Below, piece after piece: positions 9,708 through 17,595 of a DNA stretch of 35,497 bases (positions are counted from its first letter, which is position 1; each line of letters begins with the position of its first letter). The DNA is from a virus. Its lineage: Duplodnaviria; Caudoviricetes. The notes beneath the pieces are model-generated. The model searched no databases, was not told the origin of the DNA, and worked only from the letters and a program-made list of their open reading frames with translations. The stretch is taken from IMG/VR virus record IMGVR_UViG_3300008020_000017, positions 1 through 35,497 of that record. One strand, given 5' to 3'. Both the position numbers and the translations under genes were made by a program.

Positions 9708-9890
9708 ATGCTCCTGCGCAACCTCAAGGCGGGCGACCGTCTCATCATCGGAGCGGTCATCATTGAGGTGAAATCCGCAGGCGCCAGCACGTTGCGTGTC
9801 GCCATCGAGGCCCCCCTCGACCTCGGCATCACGCACGAAAAGGGAGGTTGTGGACACCCAAGCCCGCTACCAGATGTGATGAATACCTAA
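9708..9890 (+). CDS. CsrA (carbon storage regulator)-like small RNA-binding protein
   Basis: MLLRNLKAGDRLIIGAVIIEVKSAGASTLRVAIEAPLDLGITHE aligns by eye with CsrA [46 protein letters not shown]. GAAGG RBS. Confidence 0.7.
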   Translation: MLLRNLKAGDRLIIGAVIIEVKSAGASTLRVAIEAPLDLGITHEKGGCGHPSPLPDVMNT

Positions 9891-9954
9891 GGCAAACATA
9901 CGAAACATATAACTCCTAAGTGGCTGAATGCTCTCATAAAGATCTGCGAGAGCG

Positions 9955-10002
9955 CGCCGCGTCTAAAGTGTCGGCATGCGGGCCTACGTGGCCATTCGCT
10001 GC
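9955..10002 (-). repeat. Accessory-flanking repeat unit just downstream of the mcrC stop
   Basis: Minus strand reads GCAGCGAATGGCCACGTAGGCCCGCATGCCGACACTTTAGACGCGGCG, colinear with 3203-3252 GCAGCCAATG...GGCCC...GAC...GACGCGGCG. Confidence 0.5.
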
Positions 10003-10006
10003 GAGT

Positions 10007-11068
10007 TCATCGCAGTACAGCCCCCCGCAGGCCCATCTCAAACGTCGCCACATCTCCCATAAGATTAATCGTCTTGAAGCGCATCTGGTGGCCTTGAATG
10101 GTCATCTCTTCATCAACGGCACCACCGGTTTGGGGGTGCAGAAGCATTCCTTCTGCCGTGAGGCTTACTGGATCATCGGGCCTCTCCTGACTTCGCAGGT
10201 AGGTGTAGAGCTGATAGAGATACCCGCTTTTCAGGATATGATCTCGGTAATTTGATGAGGTAAAAATAGTGGTGAATTTTGTGTCAATCACGATCCGTCG
10301 CCTTGAGGCGGGGTGGTTCAATTCGATATCGGTCTGCATCCCCGGCAGGATCGCGGCCATCCCCGGAGACGAGCTGTCGACAGGCCATGACAGGCGCTTG
10401 CCCTGCGCAACGCTCCAGCCATTGGGCTGCAATTCAAGGCGTAGGGCATTGCCCACGGCACGTTCAAACAAACGGCGGACGAGGTGATCGTTGACGTTGG
10501 GTAGAGTACCGGTGACGTCGCCCATTTCTTCAGTCGGAATGCTCGTGTCAAACACCATCCCGGAAAGAGCCACCATGAATCGATCAGCGCTTTCATTCCG
10601 GGCAATCTGGTCGCTGGCCAGTTCCGTCCATGACGGTCGCGGGCCAATTACTCCCATACGGTTAAAATCCCCAGACAATTGTCGACATCGATGAGCAACC
10701 AGATCGTCCGACACCCTATTGGCCAGACGGTCCAAGGCTGCCCGCACGAGTCGGTTTCGCGGCGTGTCCATCGTATGTTCTTCGAAACGGCAGGCGATAC
10801 GACCCCGATCCATCAAGCGCCGCGTCGTCGTTTCCAGCATATCTATTCGACCCCGCACCCGCGACAGGGTTGCGGCCTTTGGACGATACCCGCGAGAGAG
10901 GTTTCGGCGCAGACGTTCTTCAACAACATGGGTCAACAATCGCGCTAACAGATCAGGAACATCCCGGGCAGTTTCTACCTGATGTTCAAACCGGTCGCGG
11001 AACTGAACCAAATCAGCCGCGTAAAGGAACAGCAGCCAGATATTTCGAAGGGGTATCGGTTCCGCCAT
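10007..11068 (-). CDS. mcrC: McrC-family nuclease subunit of a Type IV (modification-dependent) restriction system
   Basis: Start MAEPIPLRNIWLLFLYA (cf. E. coli McrC IPVRNIYYMLTYA), coupled to the mcrB stop by TAATG. TDIEL...IVIDTKF (PD-(D/E)xK) and YLYQLYTYL. 353 aa. Confidence 0.9.
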   Translation of the reverse strand: MAEPIPLRNIWLLFLYAADLVQFRDRFEHQVETARDVPDLLARLLTHVVEERLRRNLSRGYRPKAATLSRVRGRIDMLETTTRRLMDRGRIACRFEEHTMDTPRNRLVRAALDRLANRVSDDLVAHRCRQLSGDFNRMGVIGPRPSWTELASDQIARNESADRFMVALSGMVFDTSIPTEEMGDVTGTLPNVNDHLVRRLFERAVGNALRLELQPNGWSVAQGKRLSWPVDSSSPGMAAILPGMQTDIELNHPASRRRIVIDTKFTTIFTSSNYRDHILKSGYLYQLYTYLRSQERPDDPVSLTAEGMLLHPQTGGAVDEEMTIQGHQMRFKTINLMGDVATFEMGLRGAVLR

Positions 11069-12876
11069 TATAAACCTATGCGCAGAGCCTGTGCCGCTTC
11101 CCGGGCACGGTCGGAAGCATCGAACCAGTATTCCTCCAGCAAAGGTGCGATTTCGGTTTCGATCACCTCGGCAAACCATGCGCGTGAATCTAAAATGTCA
11201 TCATCCCCCGGTGTAACGTAAGAATGACCCACCCGAAATTGCGGCCCCAGCGCCCGATCCTGCGCAATTGTGTCATTCAAAGCGGTCATCCGGTCTCGGA
11301 TCAGGGTGATCGAATCTTCTGGAAAATCCCTATCACGGCACCAGTCAGCCCATGCATCATTAAAAAGGGGTTCCAGCGTGACAAAGGCAAACCTGCGGCG
11401 CAGGGCCAGGTCGACCAGCGCAAGTGAGCGGTCGGCGATATTCATCGTGCCAATAATGTAAAGGTTGTCCGGAACATGGACTTTTTCGCCTGGAATTTTC
11501 CGATAAGCGAGTTCCATCGCATCCGCGCGGCTACGTTTGGTGTTTTCCAGCAAGGTCAACATTTCACCAAAGACCTGTGCGGGGTTACCCCGATTGATTT
11601 CTTCGATGATCAGGACATGGGCCAGGTCGGGATGGGCTCGGGCTGCCTCGACAACCTGAAGGAAAATCCCGTCGGTAAGGGTCAACCCATTGCTGGATGG
11701 ACGATAGCCGCGGACGAAATCTTCATAGGACAGCGAGGGATGGAATTGGACCGAGCGGAGTTGATCCGGCAGGTGCGACCGGCGGCCGATCAAGGCCTTT
11801 GCCAGGCGCTTCGCAAGCCATGTTTTCCCTGTGCCAGGTGGACCTTGTAGAATCAAATTCTTCTTGGACGTCAGGCGATCAACAAGGCCCGACAGTGCAT
11901 TACGTTCCAGAAAGCCGCCTTCCGCGATGATATCGTCCACCGTGTAGGGTAGAATTTCCGTCACTGCGGCGTTATCATTTTCTTCCGCATCCTCTGCCTC
12001 GATTATGCTCAGAGGGTCAACCTCGGGGGCGAAACGCTCGGCCCAATATGAATGGCCGAGGAAATATCCGTAGTCCTGATCCGTCCCGTCAAAGGCAAAG
12101 GCCACCAACCGGCGCGCCATGTCATCTTCCTCGACGCGGGCCCGAGCAACGGTTGTCCGGTAGGTGTAGAAGTACCACTCTTTTGGCGGGTCGAGTTCGT
12201 GCCAGTCCACCTCAACAGTCAGACCGTCGCCCCGATTTGCGGTGATCGTCCCTGTGGCCTTGATTCGCATAACACTCGCAGCACGACCCTGATTTTCGAA
12301 GGGGACATCATTCTTTCGGGTGAAGGACGCCTTGATCGCAATACGATCTCCAGGTTTCATCTGCCTGACAAGCTTTGAGAATTTGTCTTCATAACCGTTT
12401 TGCCAGACACCTTCCCGCAAGAACCTTTCAGTCTGGTCGTCCGCTGACCATGATGCGCCGACGAACCAGTAATTGATGCCTTCCGGAACGTTGTCGTCCT
12501 TTGGGGCTTCTTGTTCGTCTTCGTCCCCTGAGAAGTTGATCCGTGCTGTCCGAAAGATTTCGGCAGCCCATTTCGTATTGAGATCAGCTTTCCAGCCTTG
12601 CTCGGTCAGCCCCCAGACACCGCGGCTGGGGGATGTCATCACTCCTGCCTTGAAAAGATAGGACCGAGCAAAATGAACCCGGTTTTCAAATTTTGACCCA
12701 CCATTTTTGTTTGTGAGAGAAAGAAAGCTGTCGGGAATATCATGACGCTTGACCAGTTCGTCAAAAATCTGCCGAGGTCGAGCCTGCCCCCCAAGGTCGC
12801 GCATGATCTCGATGACCGGAGCGAAATAGCTGACGAACTGCGGAACACCGTCAATTTTCTGATCGTGTAGACTCAT
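11068..12876 (-). CDS. mcrB: McrB-family AAA+ GTPase with N-terminal Mrr_N-like winged helix and a second putative DNA-reading domain
   Basis: QGPPGTGKT (Walker A), QFHPSLSYEDFV, IIEEINRGN (Walker B), GTMNIADRS (McrB NxxD signature), ALRRRF. N-terminus PVIEIMRDLGG...FENRVHFARSYLFKAG...RGVWGLTEQG is Mrr_N-like. Start ATG 12876 (MSLHDQ) preferred. Confidence 0.9.
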   Translation of the reverse strand: MSLHDQKIDGVPQFVSYFAPVIEIMRDLGGQARPRQIFDELVKRHDIPDSFLSLTNKNGGSKFENRVHFARSYLFKAGVMTSPSRGVWGLTEQGWKADLNTKWAAEIFRTARINFSGDEDEQEAPKDDNVPEGINYWFVGASWSADDQTERFLREGVWQNGYEDKFSKLVRQMKPGDRIAIKASFTRKNDVPFENQGRAASVMRIKATGTITANRGDGLTVEVDWHELDPPKEWYFYTYRTTVARARVEEDDMARRLVAFAFDGTDQDYGYFLGHSYWAERFAPEVDPLSIIEAEDAEENDNAAVTEILPYTVDDIIAEGGFLERNALSGLVDRLTSKKNLILQGPPGTGKTWLAKRLAKALIGRRSHLPDQLRSVQFHPSLSYEDFVRGYRPSSNGLTLTDGIFLQVVEAARAHPDLAHVLIIEEINRGNPAQVFGEMLTLLENTKRSRADAMELAYRKIPGEKVHVPDNLYIIGTMNIADRSLALVDLALRRRFAFVTLEPLFNDAWADWCRDRDFPEDSITLIRDRMTALNDTIAQDRALGPQFRVGHSYVTPGDDDILDSRAWFAEVIETEIAPLLEEYWFDASDRAREAAQALRIGL

Positions 12877-12904
12877 CACCACTTCCTGCTCCATCTGACC
12901 AAAT

Positions 12905-13067
12905 GAGAATGGCAGCATTGTGGGTGACCGCCAAGGGCGGCAGGTTTGAAGATAGCACCATCGATTGAATTTGCAGCAGCGCCAACTCTGCCTGACCGTT
13001 GTCGGATCGGCGCCTCCATGCGGCCGCACAGCGGCCACTGCGAAGGACGGCTGGGGCACTCGAAGAC
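12905..13067 (+). repeat. Degenerate accessory-flanking repeat copies upstream of mcrB
   Basis: ACTGCGAAGGACGGCTGGGGCACTCGAAGAC (13037-13067) fits the GCAGCGAA.G...GGC.C...GAC pattern. CAAGGGCGG (12932-12940) is the reverse complement of CCGCCCTTG (3265-3273). Confidence 0.4.
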
Positions 13068-13194
13068 TGGCGTCGGCTGAGGTCGGCTCCACCCGCCGCT
13101 GCCCTCAACGCATCTGTAAGGGCTTGGCCGACATCATCCAGTGAGTCCATGGCTTTCCTCGCCAACCTCTAAAACGCAGGATGTAGCCACGCCC

Positions 13195-13223
13195 TTCCCA
13201 GACGCCGCAGCATATGGTATCTT
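13195..13223 (+). promoter_or_regulatory. Candidate sigma70-type promoter for the capsid operon
   Basis: TTCCCA (13195-13200), 17 nt, TATCTT (13218-13223), with an extended TG. Contains GCATATGGTA shared with the terS upstream region. Confidence 0.5.
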
Positions 13224-13234
13224 AAAGATGCGAC

Positions 13235-13249
13235 GGCGCATGACGTGCC
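13235..13249 (+). promoter_or_regulatory. 5'-leader hairpin GGCGC-ATGAC-GTGCC (candidate translational operator)
   Basis: 5-bp stem with one G-U pair and an AUGAC loop, about 33 nt before the capsid ATG. Near-identical copy at 24141-24157. Confidence 0.55.
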
Positions 13250-13281
13250 TCAGCAGGTTCAAACCCGCATGAGGAAACATC

Positions 13282-14379
13282 ATGACCCAGACCGTCATCC
13301 CATTTGGCGATCCGCGCGCTCAGAAGCGGTGGAGCCAGCTTCTCGCCGTCGACACGCTGTCCAAGAGCTACTTCAACAAGAAGTTCATCGGCACGGGCGA
13401 CAACTCCGTCATCCACCAGAAGACCGAGCTTGAATCGGACGCGGGCGACCTCGTCTCGTTCGACCTGTCCGTGCAGCTCCGCGGTAAGCCCACCGCTGGC
13501 GACAACCGCGTCAAGGGTCGCGAGGAAAATTTGCGCTTCTACACCGATGAGGTGAAGATCGACCAGCTCCGGCACAGCGTCTCCGCCGGTGGCCGCATGA
13601 CCCGCAAGCGCACCGCCCACGACCTGCGCAAGATCGCCAAGGACCGCCTCGGGGATTACTGGGCCGAGTACATGGATCAGGTCACGTTCATCTACCTGTC
13701 CGGTGCGCGCGGCATCAACCAGGACTTCTACGAGGACTCCGACTATTCGGGCCATGCGGGCAACGCCCTGCAGAACCCCGACGCCCAGCACCTCTTCTAC
13801 GCTGGCGCGGCCACCTCCAAGGCGACCGTCACCGCCGCCGACACCATGTCGCGCAACCTCATCGAGAAAACCGTCACCAACGTCGGCATGATGCGCGCCC
13901 TCGACCCCGAGTCCGCGAATATGATGCCGGTAATGATGGAGGGCGAACAGCGGTACGTCCTCCTGATGTCGCTGTTCCAGGAGTATCAGCTCCGCACCGA
14001 GGCCGGTGTGGGCGGCTGGATGGAGTTGCAGAAAGCGGCTGCCGCCGCCGAGGGCAACAAGAACAAGCTGTTTCTCGGCTCCTTGGGGATGATCAACAAC
14101 GTCGTCCTGCACAGCCACAAGAACGTGATCCGATTCTCGGACTATGGCGCCGGTACGAACCTGCCCGCAGCCCGAGCCCTGTTCATGGGCCGTCAGGCCG
14201 GCGTTGTCTCCTACGGCACACCGGGCGGCCAGCGCATGATGTGGCAGGAAGAGGTCGACGACTACGGCAACGAGCCCACCGTCGTCGCAGGCTGCATCTT
14301 CGGGATGAAGAAGACCCGGTTCAACAACCGCGACTTCGGCATCACCGCCATCGACACCCACGCCGCACCCCCGGCCTGA
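13282..14379 (+). CDS. Major capsid protein, N4-gp56/DUF4043-type
   Basis: 365 aa. MTQTVIPFGDPRAQKRWS, ELESDAGDLVSFDLSVQLRGKPT.GD.RVKG.EE.L.FYTDEVKIDQLRH, GMKKTRFNNRDFG. GAGGA RBS. Confidence 0.93.
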   Translation: MTQTVIPFGDPRAQKRWSQLLAVDTLSKSYFNKKFIGTGDNSVIHQKTELESDAGDLVSFDLSVQLRGKPTAGDNRVKGREENLRFYTDEVKIDQLRHSVSAGGRMTRKRTAHDLRKIAKDRLGDYWAEYMDQVTFIYLSGARGINQDFYEDSDYSGHAGNALQNPDAQHLFYAGAATSKATVTAADTMSRNLIEKTVTNVGMMRALDPESANMMPVMMEGEQRYVLLMSLFQEYQLRTEAGVGGWMELQKAAAAAEGNKNKLFLGSLGMINNVVLHSHKNVIRFSDYGAGTNLPAARALFMGRQAGVVSYGTPGGQRMMWQEEVDDYGNEPTVVAGCIFGMKKTRFNNRDFGITAIDTHAAPPA

Positions 14380-14447
14380 GCCTGAATGGTGAGTCGGCGC
14401 CGACCGGCTCCCCCCTCTCCACGCACGTCAGCCAAAGGACATAGATC

Positions 14448-14888
14448 ATGGCTCTGTTCCAATCCTCCATCGCAAAGCGGCTCATCACGCCGACCCGCCC
14501 GCTCTCTGCCGGGGCCGTGCATTGCTCCCGTGCCGATTTCACCTTCGCCGCGGCATTCACCTTCGCCACCGACCAGCTTGAGCTTGCGGTTCTGCCCGCG
14601 TTCTCGACCATCGTTGACGCCATCCTGATCGGTGCCGTCACCGGCACCGTCGTCGCCGATGTCGGCCTGATGAGCGGCGAGGTCGGCGATGCCATCAACG
14701 CGCGCACCGTCGGCAACGAGCTGTTCGACAACACCGACGTCGCCGCCGCCGTCACCCGGATGACCCTCGCCACGGGCTTCAACATCGCTCCCGTCGGCTA
14801 TGACCGGGCCATCGGCGTCACACTCTCGGCGAACGTCACCGCTGGCGCCGCAAAGAAGATCAGCCTGCTGCTGTTCTACCAGATGTAA
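14448..14888 (+). CDS. Putative capsid-associated (decoration-like) protein
   Basis: 146-aa beta-rich protein directly after the MCP, with an AAGGA RBS. Function inferred from position only. Confidence 0.7.
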   Translation: MALFQSSIAKRLITPTRPLSAGAVHCSRADFTFAAAFTFATDQLELAVLPAFSTIVDAILIGAVTGTVVADVGLMSGEVGDAINARTVGNELFDNTDVAAAVTRMTLATGFNIAPVGYDRAIGVTLSANVTAGAAKKISLLLFYQM

Positions 14889-14895
14889 TCGACAT

Positions 14896-14979
14896 CCGAC
14901 CGGGGGCGGGGGTTCCCGGTCGGTGCTACCGGCTCGCCCCTTGTCGATCCCTTGGCTGGGGGCGGGCCAACCCCCAGCC
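14896..14979 (+). terminator. Two GC-rich stem-loops after the capsid/decoration genes (attenuator or mRNA-stabilising)
   Basis: CCGACCGGG(14896-14904)/CCCGGTCGG(14915-14923) and GGCTGGGGG(14954-14962)/CCCCCAGCC(14971-14979), both perfect 9-bp stems. No U-tract, so not canonical intrinsic terminators. Confidence 0.45.
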
Positions 14980-15003
14980 CCTGCCCCGCCGAAGGACAAC
15001 GCC

Positions 15004-15648
15004 ATGAAGATCGTCTCCCTGATCCGCCGCAAAGCCGGGACGCCCGTGCTTCTGGGCACAACCACCTACCTGTTCCTCCCCAAGAATGCGGGCAAGCCCG
15101 ACTCGCCCCATGTCGCGCAGGTGGATGACCCGCTCCACATCAACACCCTTCTCGCCATCACCGAGGGCTTCGCTCCCGCCGACGTCACGCCCATCGTCGC
15201 CCTGGCGCCCGTCCAGCCGACCGCCGGAGAATCGGAAGCCGTCACCGCCGCCATCGCGGCCCTCCCCAAGCGCATCATCGAAGTGCCCGAGTCCGCGGGC
15301 GCCATGCCCGTTGCTGCGGCTGCGAGCGACACGCCGGAGGCCGAAGCGCCCCCGAGCGCCAAGCAGAAGCTGCTGGCCGCCACCGCAGCCGCGAAAGCGA
15401 AGGCCAAGGCCGGGCGTGAGGCCCAGGAGGCCGAGAAGCAGGCCGCTGCCGAAGCGCCCCCGGCACCCGTGGACTCGCTGTCGAACGAAGAGATCGCGCG
15501 CATCAGCGCCGAGCTGGACGAGTTGAACGACGACGACCTTGCCGAGGAACACAAGCGCGTCTTTGGCCGCCTGCCCGCGCCCAACTGGCCCCGTGCGACC
15601 ATCATCAAGCGCATCGCCAAGGCGCCCACCCCCGTCGACGTGGAATAA
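15004..15648 (+). CDS. Hypothetical phage protein (Ala/Pro-rich linker, small C-terminal helical domain)
   Basis: ATG 15004 with GAAGGA RBS (MKIVSLIRRKAGT). C-terminal LNDDDLAEEHKRVFGRLPAPNWPRATIIKRI resembles a Rho_N/HeH-like module. Confidence 0.75.
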   Translation: MKIVSLIRRKAGTPVLLGTTTYLFLPKNAGKPDSPHVAQVDDPLHINTLLAITEGFAPADVTPIVALAPVQPTAGESEAVTAAIAALPKRIIEVPESAGAMPVAAAASDTPEAEAPPSAKQKLLAATAAAKAKAKAGREAQEAEKQAAAEAPPAPVDSLSNEEIARISAELDELNDDDLAEEHKRVFGRLPAPNWPRATIIKRIAKAPTPVDVE

Positions 15649-15654
15649 AAGCCA

Positions 15655-16353
15655 ATGTCCATCATCGCCCGCGACATTCTCCAGCGCGCCCGCACCCTCC
15701 TGCAAGACGCCAGTTCGACCCGCTGGCCCCTGCCGGAGCTGACGCGCTGGCTGAATGACGGGCTGCGCGAGCTTCCCATGCGCTCGCCTTCGGTCACGAC
15801 CGTTACGACGGTCCTGGCCCTCATGGCCGGGACGCGGCAGGCCGTGCCGCCCGCCTATGCCTCCCTGATCCGGGCCGTGCGCAACGTGACGCCCATGGGG
15901 CTCACCTACATCGGCGGAATCGCCGTGACCGCCGTGGCGCGCGAGTTGCTGGATGCCCAGAACCCCGACTGGCACAACCCGCAGTCGAGCCCGCACCTCG
16001 TCGTCGTGCGCCACATCATCATGGACCCCTTCGATCAGGCCACCTTCTACGTCTATCCCGGCAACACCGGGACCGGCCACATCGAGTGCATGGTGTCGGC
16101 GATCCTCGAACCGATTGCTCTGGCCGCAGGGGCCGACGCCGCCGACATCGATGCCTACGACCACGTCATCGCGATCCCCTCGATCTTCCAGTCCACGATG
16201 GTCGATTACGTCATGTACCGCGCGCTCTCGAAGGACATGCAGCTTGCAGGCGCAGCCGAGCGCGCCGCTGCCCATTTCGCACAGTTTTCCCAGGCCCTCG
16301 AAACACGGCGGGGGCTTGAGACCGTCTACACGCCGAACAGCACCAACTCCTGA
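15655..16353 (+). CDS. Putative head-tail adaptor protein (DUF6682-like)
   Basis: DILQRARTLLQD..STRWPLPELTRWLNDG, FYVYP and MVDYVMYRALSKD are typical of podovirus adaptors; position fits. Confidence 0.75.
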   Translation: MSIIARDILQRARTLLQDASSTRWPLPELTRWLNDGLRELPMRSPSVTTVTTVLALMAGTRQAVPPAYASLIRAVRNVTPMGLTYIGGIAVTAVARELLDAQNPDWHNPQSSPHLVVVRHIIMDPFDQATFYVYPGNTGTGHIECMVSAILEPIALAAGADAADIDAYDHVIAIPSIFQSTMVDYVMYRALSKDMQLAGAAERAAAHFAQFSQALETRRGLETVYTPNSTNS

Positions 16354-16370
16354 AACCGCAAGGCCGCGCC

Positions 16371-17039
16371 ATGAACAAGCAGACCCGACCCCTTGCGGAT
16401 TTCATGCCGCTCCTGATGCCGAACGCCCCCGCATGCCCGTGGCCGGTGGCGGAACAGGCCCTCCGCCTGTCTGCGGCGGAGTTCTGCGAGCGCACCCGCT
16501 GCTGGCGTCACATGACCGAGCGCCGCATCCGCCGCCGGGAGTCCTGCATCGTCGCCCCGGAGTATTCGGCCATCCACGAGATCGAGTCCGCGTCCTTCGA
16601 CGGCGAACGCCTCGCCCCGATCCAGTTCAGCGACATCGACCCCGGCGAAGACGACGACGCCACCACCGGGCCCCCGCGCTGGATCGCCCAGGCAGGCCCG
16701 AACAGCGTCATCGTGATCCCGGTGGCCGAGGGCCGCCTGACGCTCTCCATGTTCCTCAAGCCCCGTGTGGGCGCGGACGGCGTCACCCGCGACACCTACG
16801 ACGGAGACAGCGACGAGCCCGCCAACAACGTGCCCGAGTTCCTGTTCGTCCAGCATGCCGAGGCCATCGTCGCGGGCGCCCTGAACCGCGTCCTGAACCT
16901 GCCCGGTCAGGTGTTCTCCAACCCGGCCCGGGCAGCTCAGTACCTTATGGCCTTCGAGCGCAACGTCGACACCCATTTCGCCCTCAATGTGAGAGGACAG
17001 CACCGTGCCCCTGCCAGAGTTCGCGCTCAGTATATCTGA
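16371..17039 (+). CDS. Putative second adaptor / virion structural protein
   Basis: 222 aa: LADFMPLLMPNAPACPWPVAEQALRLSAAEFCERTRCW...HAEAIVAGAL.RVL.LPG. Function inferred from position. Confidence 0.7.
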   Translation: MNKQTRPLADFMPLLMPNAPACPWPVAEQALRLSAAEFCERTRCWRHMTERRIRRRESCIVAPEYSAIHEIESASFDGERLAPIQFSDIDPGEDDDATTGPPRWIAQAGPNSVIVIPVAEGRLTLSMFLKPRVGADGVTRDTYDGDSDEPANNVPEFLFVQHAEAIVAGALNRVLNLPGQVFSNPARAAQYLMAFERNVDTHFALNVRGQHRAPARVRAQYI

Positions 17040-17595
17040 GGTCGCCATCGAGGGCGATCCGATCCAGGAGCGTTTCTTCCCGCGCCATCGTGTGCGTCGC
17101 ATCCCCGCGCGTCAGGGATCGACCGAGGACGAGTGTTTCGGGAAGCGGGCCGCCGCGCACCTCGACTATTCCATCGACATGACCGCCGTGCTTGAGAGCT
17201 ACGAGATCATCATCGGCGCCTATGCGTGGACGTCCGTGCCGACCCAGCTCATCGTGTCGTGGGTCTTCTTCGCCAACAAGGGCGTCACCGCCTTCGTCTA
17301 TGGCGGGATCGACAACGAGGTCTACGAGCTGGTCATCCATGCCAAGACGTCGTCGGGCCGCGTGTTCCAATACATCGCCGAGATCGAGATCGACCGCGAT
17401 GCCGCCGAGTCGCTGCCGAGTTATCTGCCGCCGATCCTCGGCACCGAGGACGACGAAGACTGGATTTTCCTGACCGACGTTCTGGGCTATCCGATCACGC
17501 CGCCCCTTACCGACCTCGGGCTCTGGTATTGCCCGAACCCGCTGGGGCTCACGGCGGCGACCGACCCCAACCCCGAACCGGACCCCGCCCCATGA
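17005..17595 (+). CDS. Hypothetical structural protein, possibly a fibre-tail adaptor
   Basis: GTG 17005 with GAGAGGA RBS. FGKRAAAHLDYSID...VYGG...YELVIHAKTSSGR pattern. Stop overlaps the next ATG. Confidence 0.65.
   Translation: MPLPEFALSISEVAIEGDPIQERFFPRHRVRRIPARQGSTEDECFGKRAAAHLDYSIDMTAVLESYEIIIGAYAWTSVPTQLIVSWVFFANKGVTAFVYGGIDNEVYELVIHAKTSSGRVFQYIAEIEIDRDAAESLPSYLPPILGTEDDEDWIFLTDVLGYPITPPLTDLGLWYCPNPLGLTAATDPNPEPDPAP

Noticed and set aside
9920-10255. 111-aa + strand ORF after the csrA-like gene
   Set aside because: Mostly antisense to mcrC and spans the repeat; no RBS or recognisable motif.
12877-13092. N-terminal extension of McrB in the ORF track, and similar extensions for mcrC and the 5781, 14800, 17226, 18665 and 21771 ORFs
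   Set aside because: The extensions cross repeats or upstream genes. Downstream starts have RBSs or stop/start coupling and match where family similarity begins.
13174-13184. CGCAGGATGT, resembling a canonical CsrA site
   Set aside because: Lies upstream of the predicted capsid promoter, so probably not in the capsid leader; single short match.
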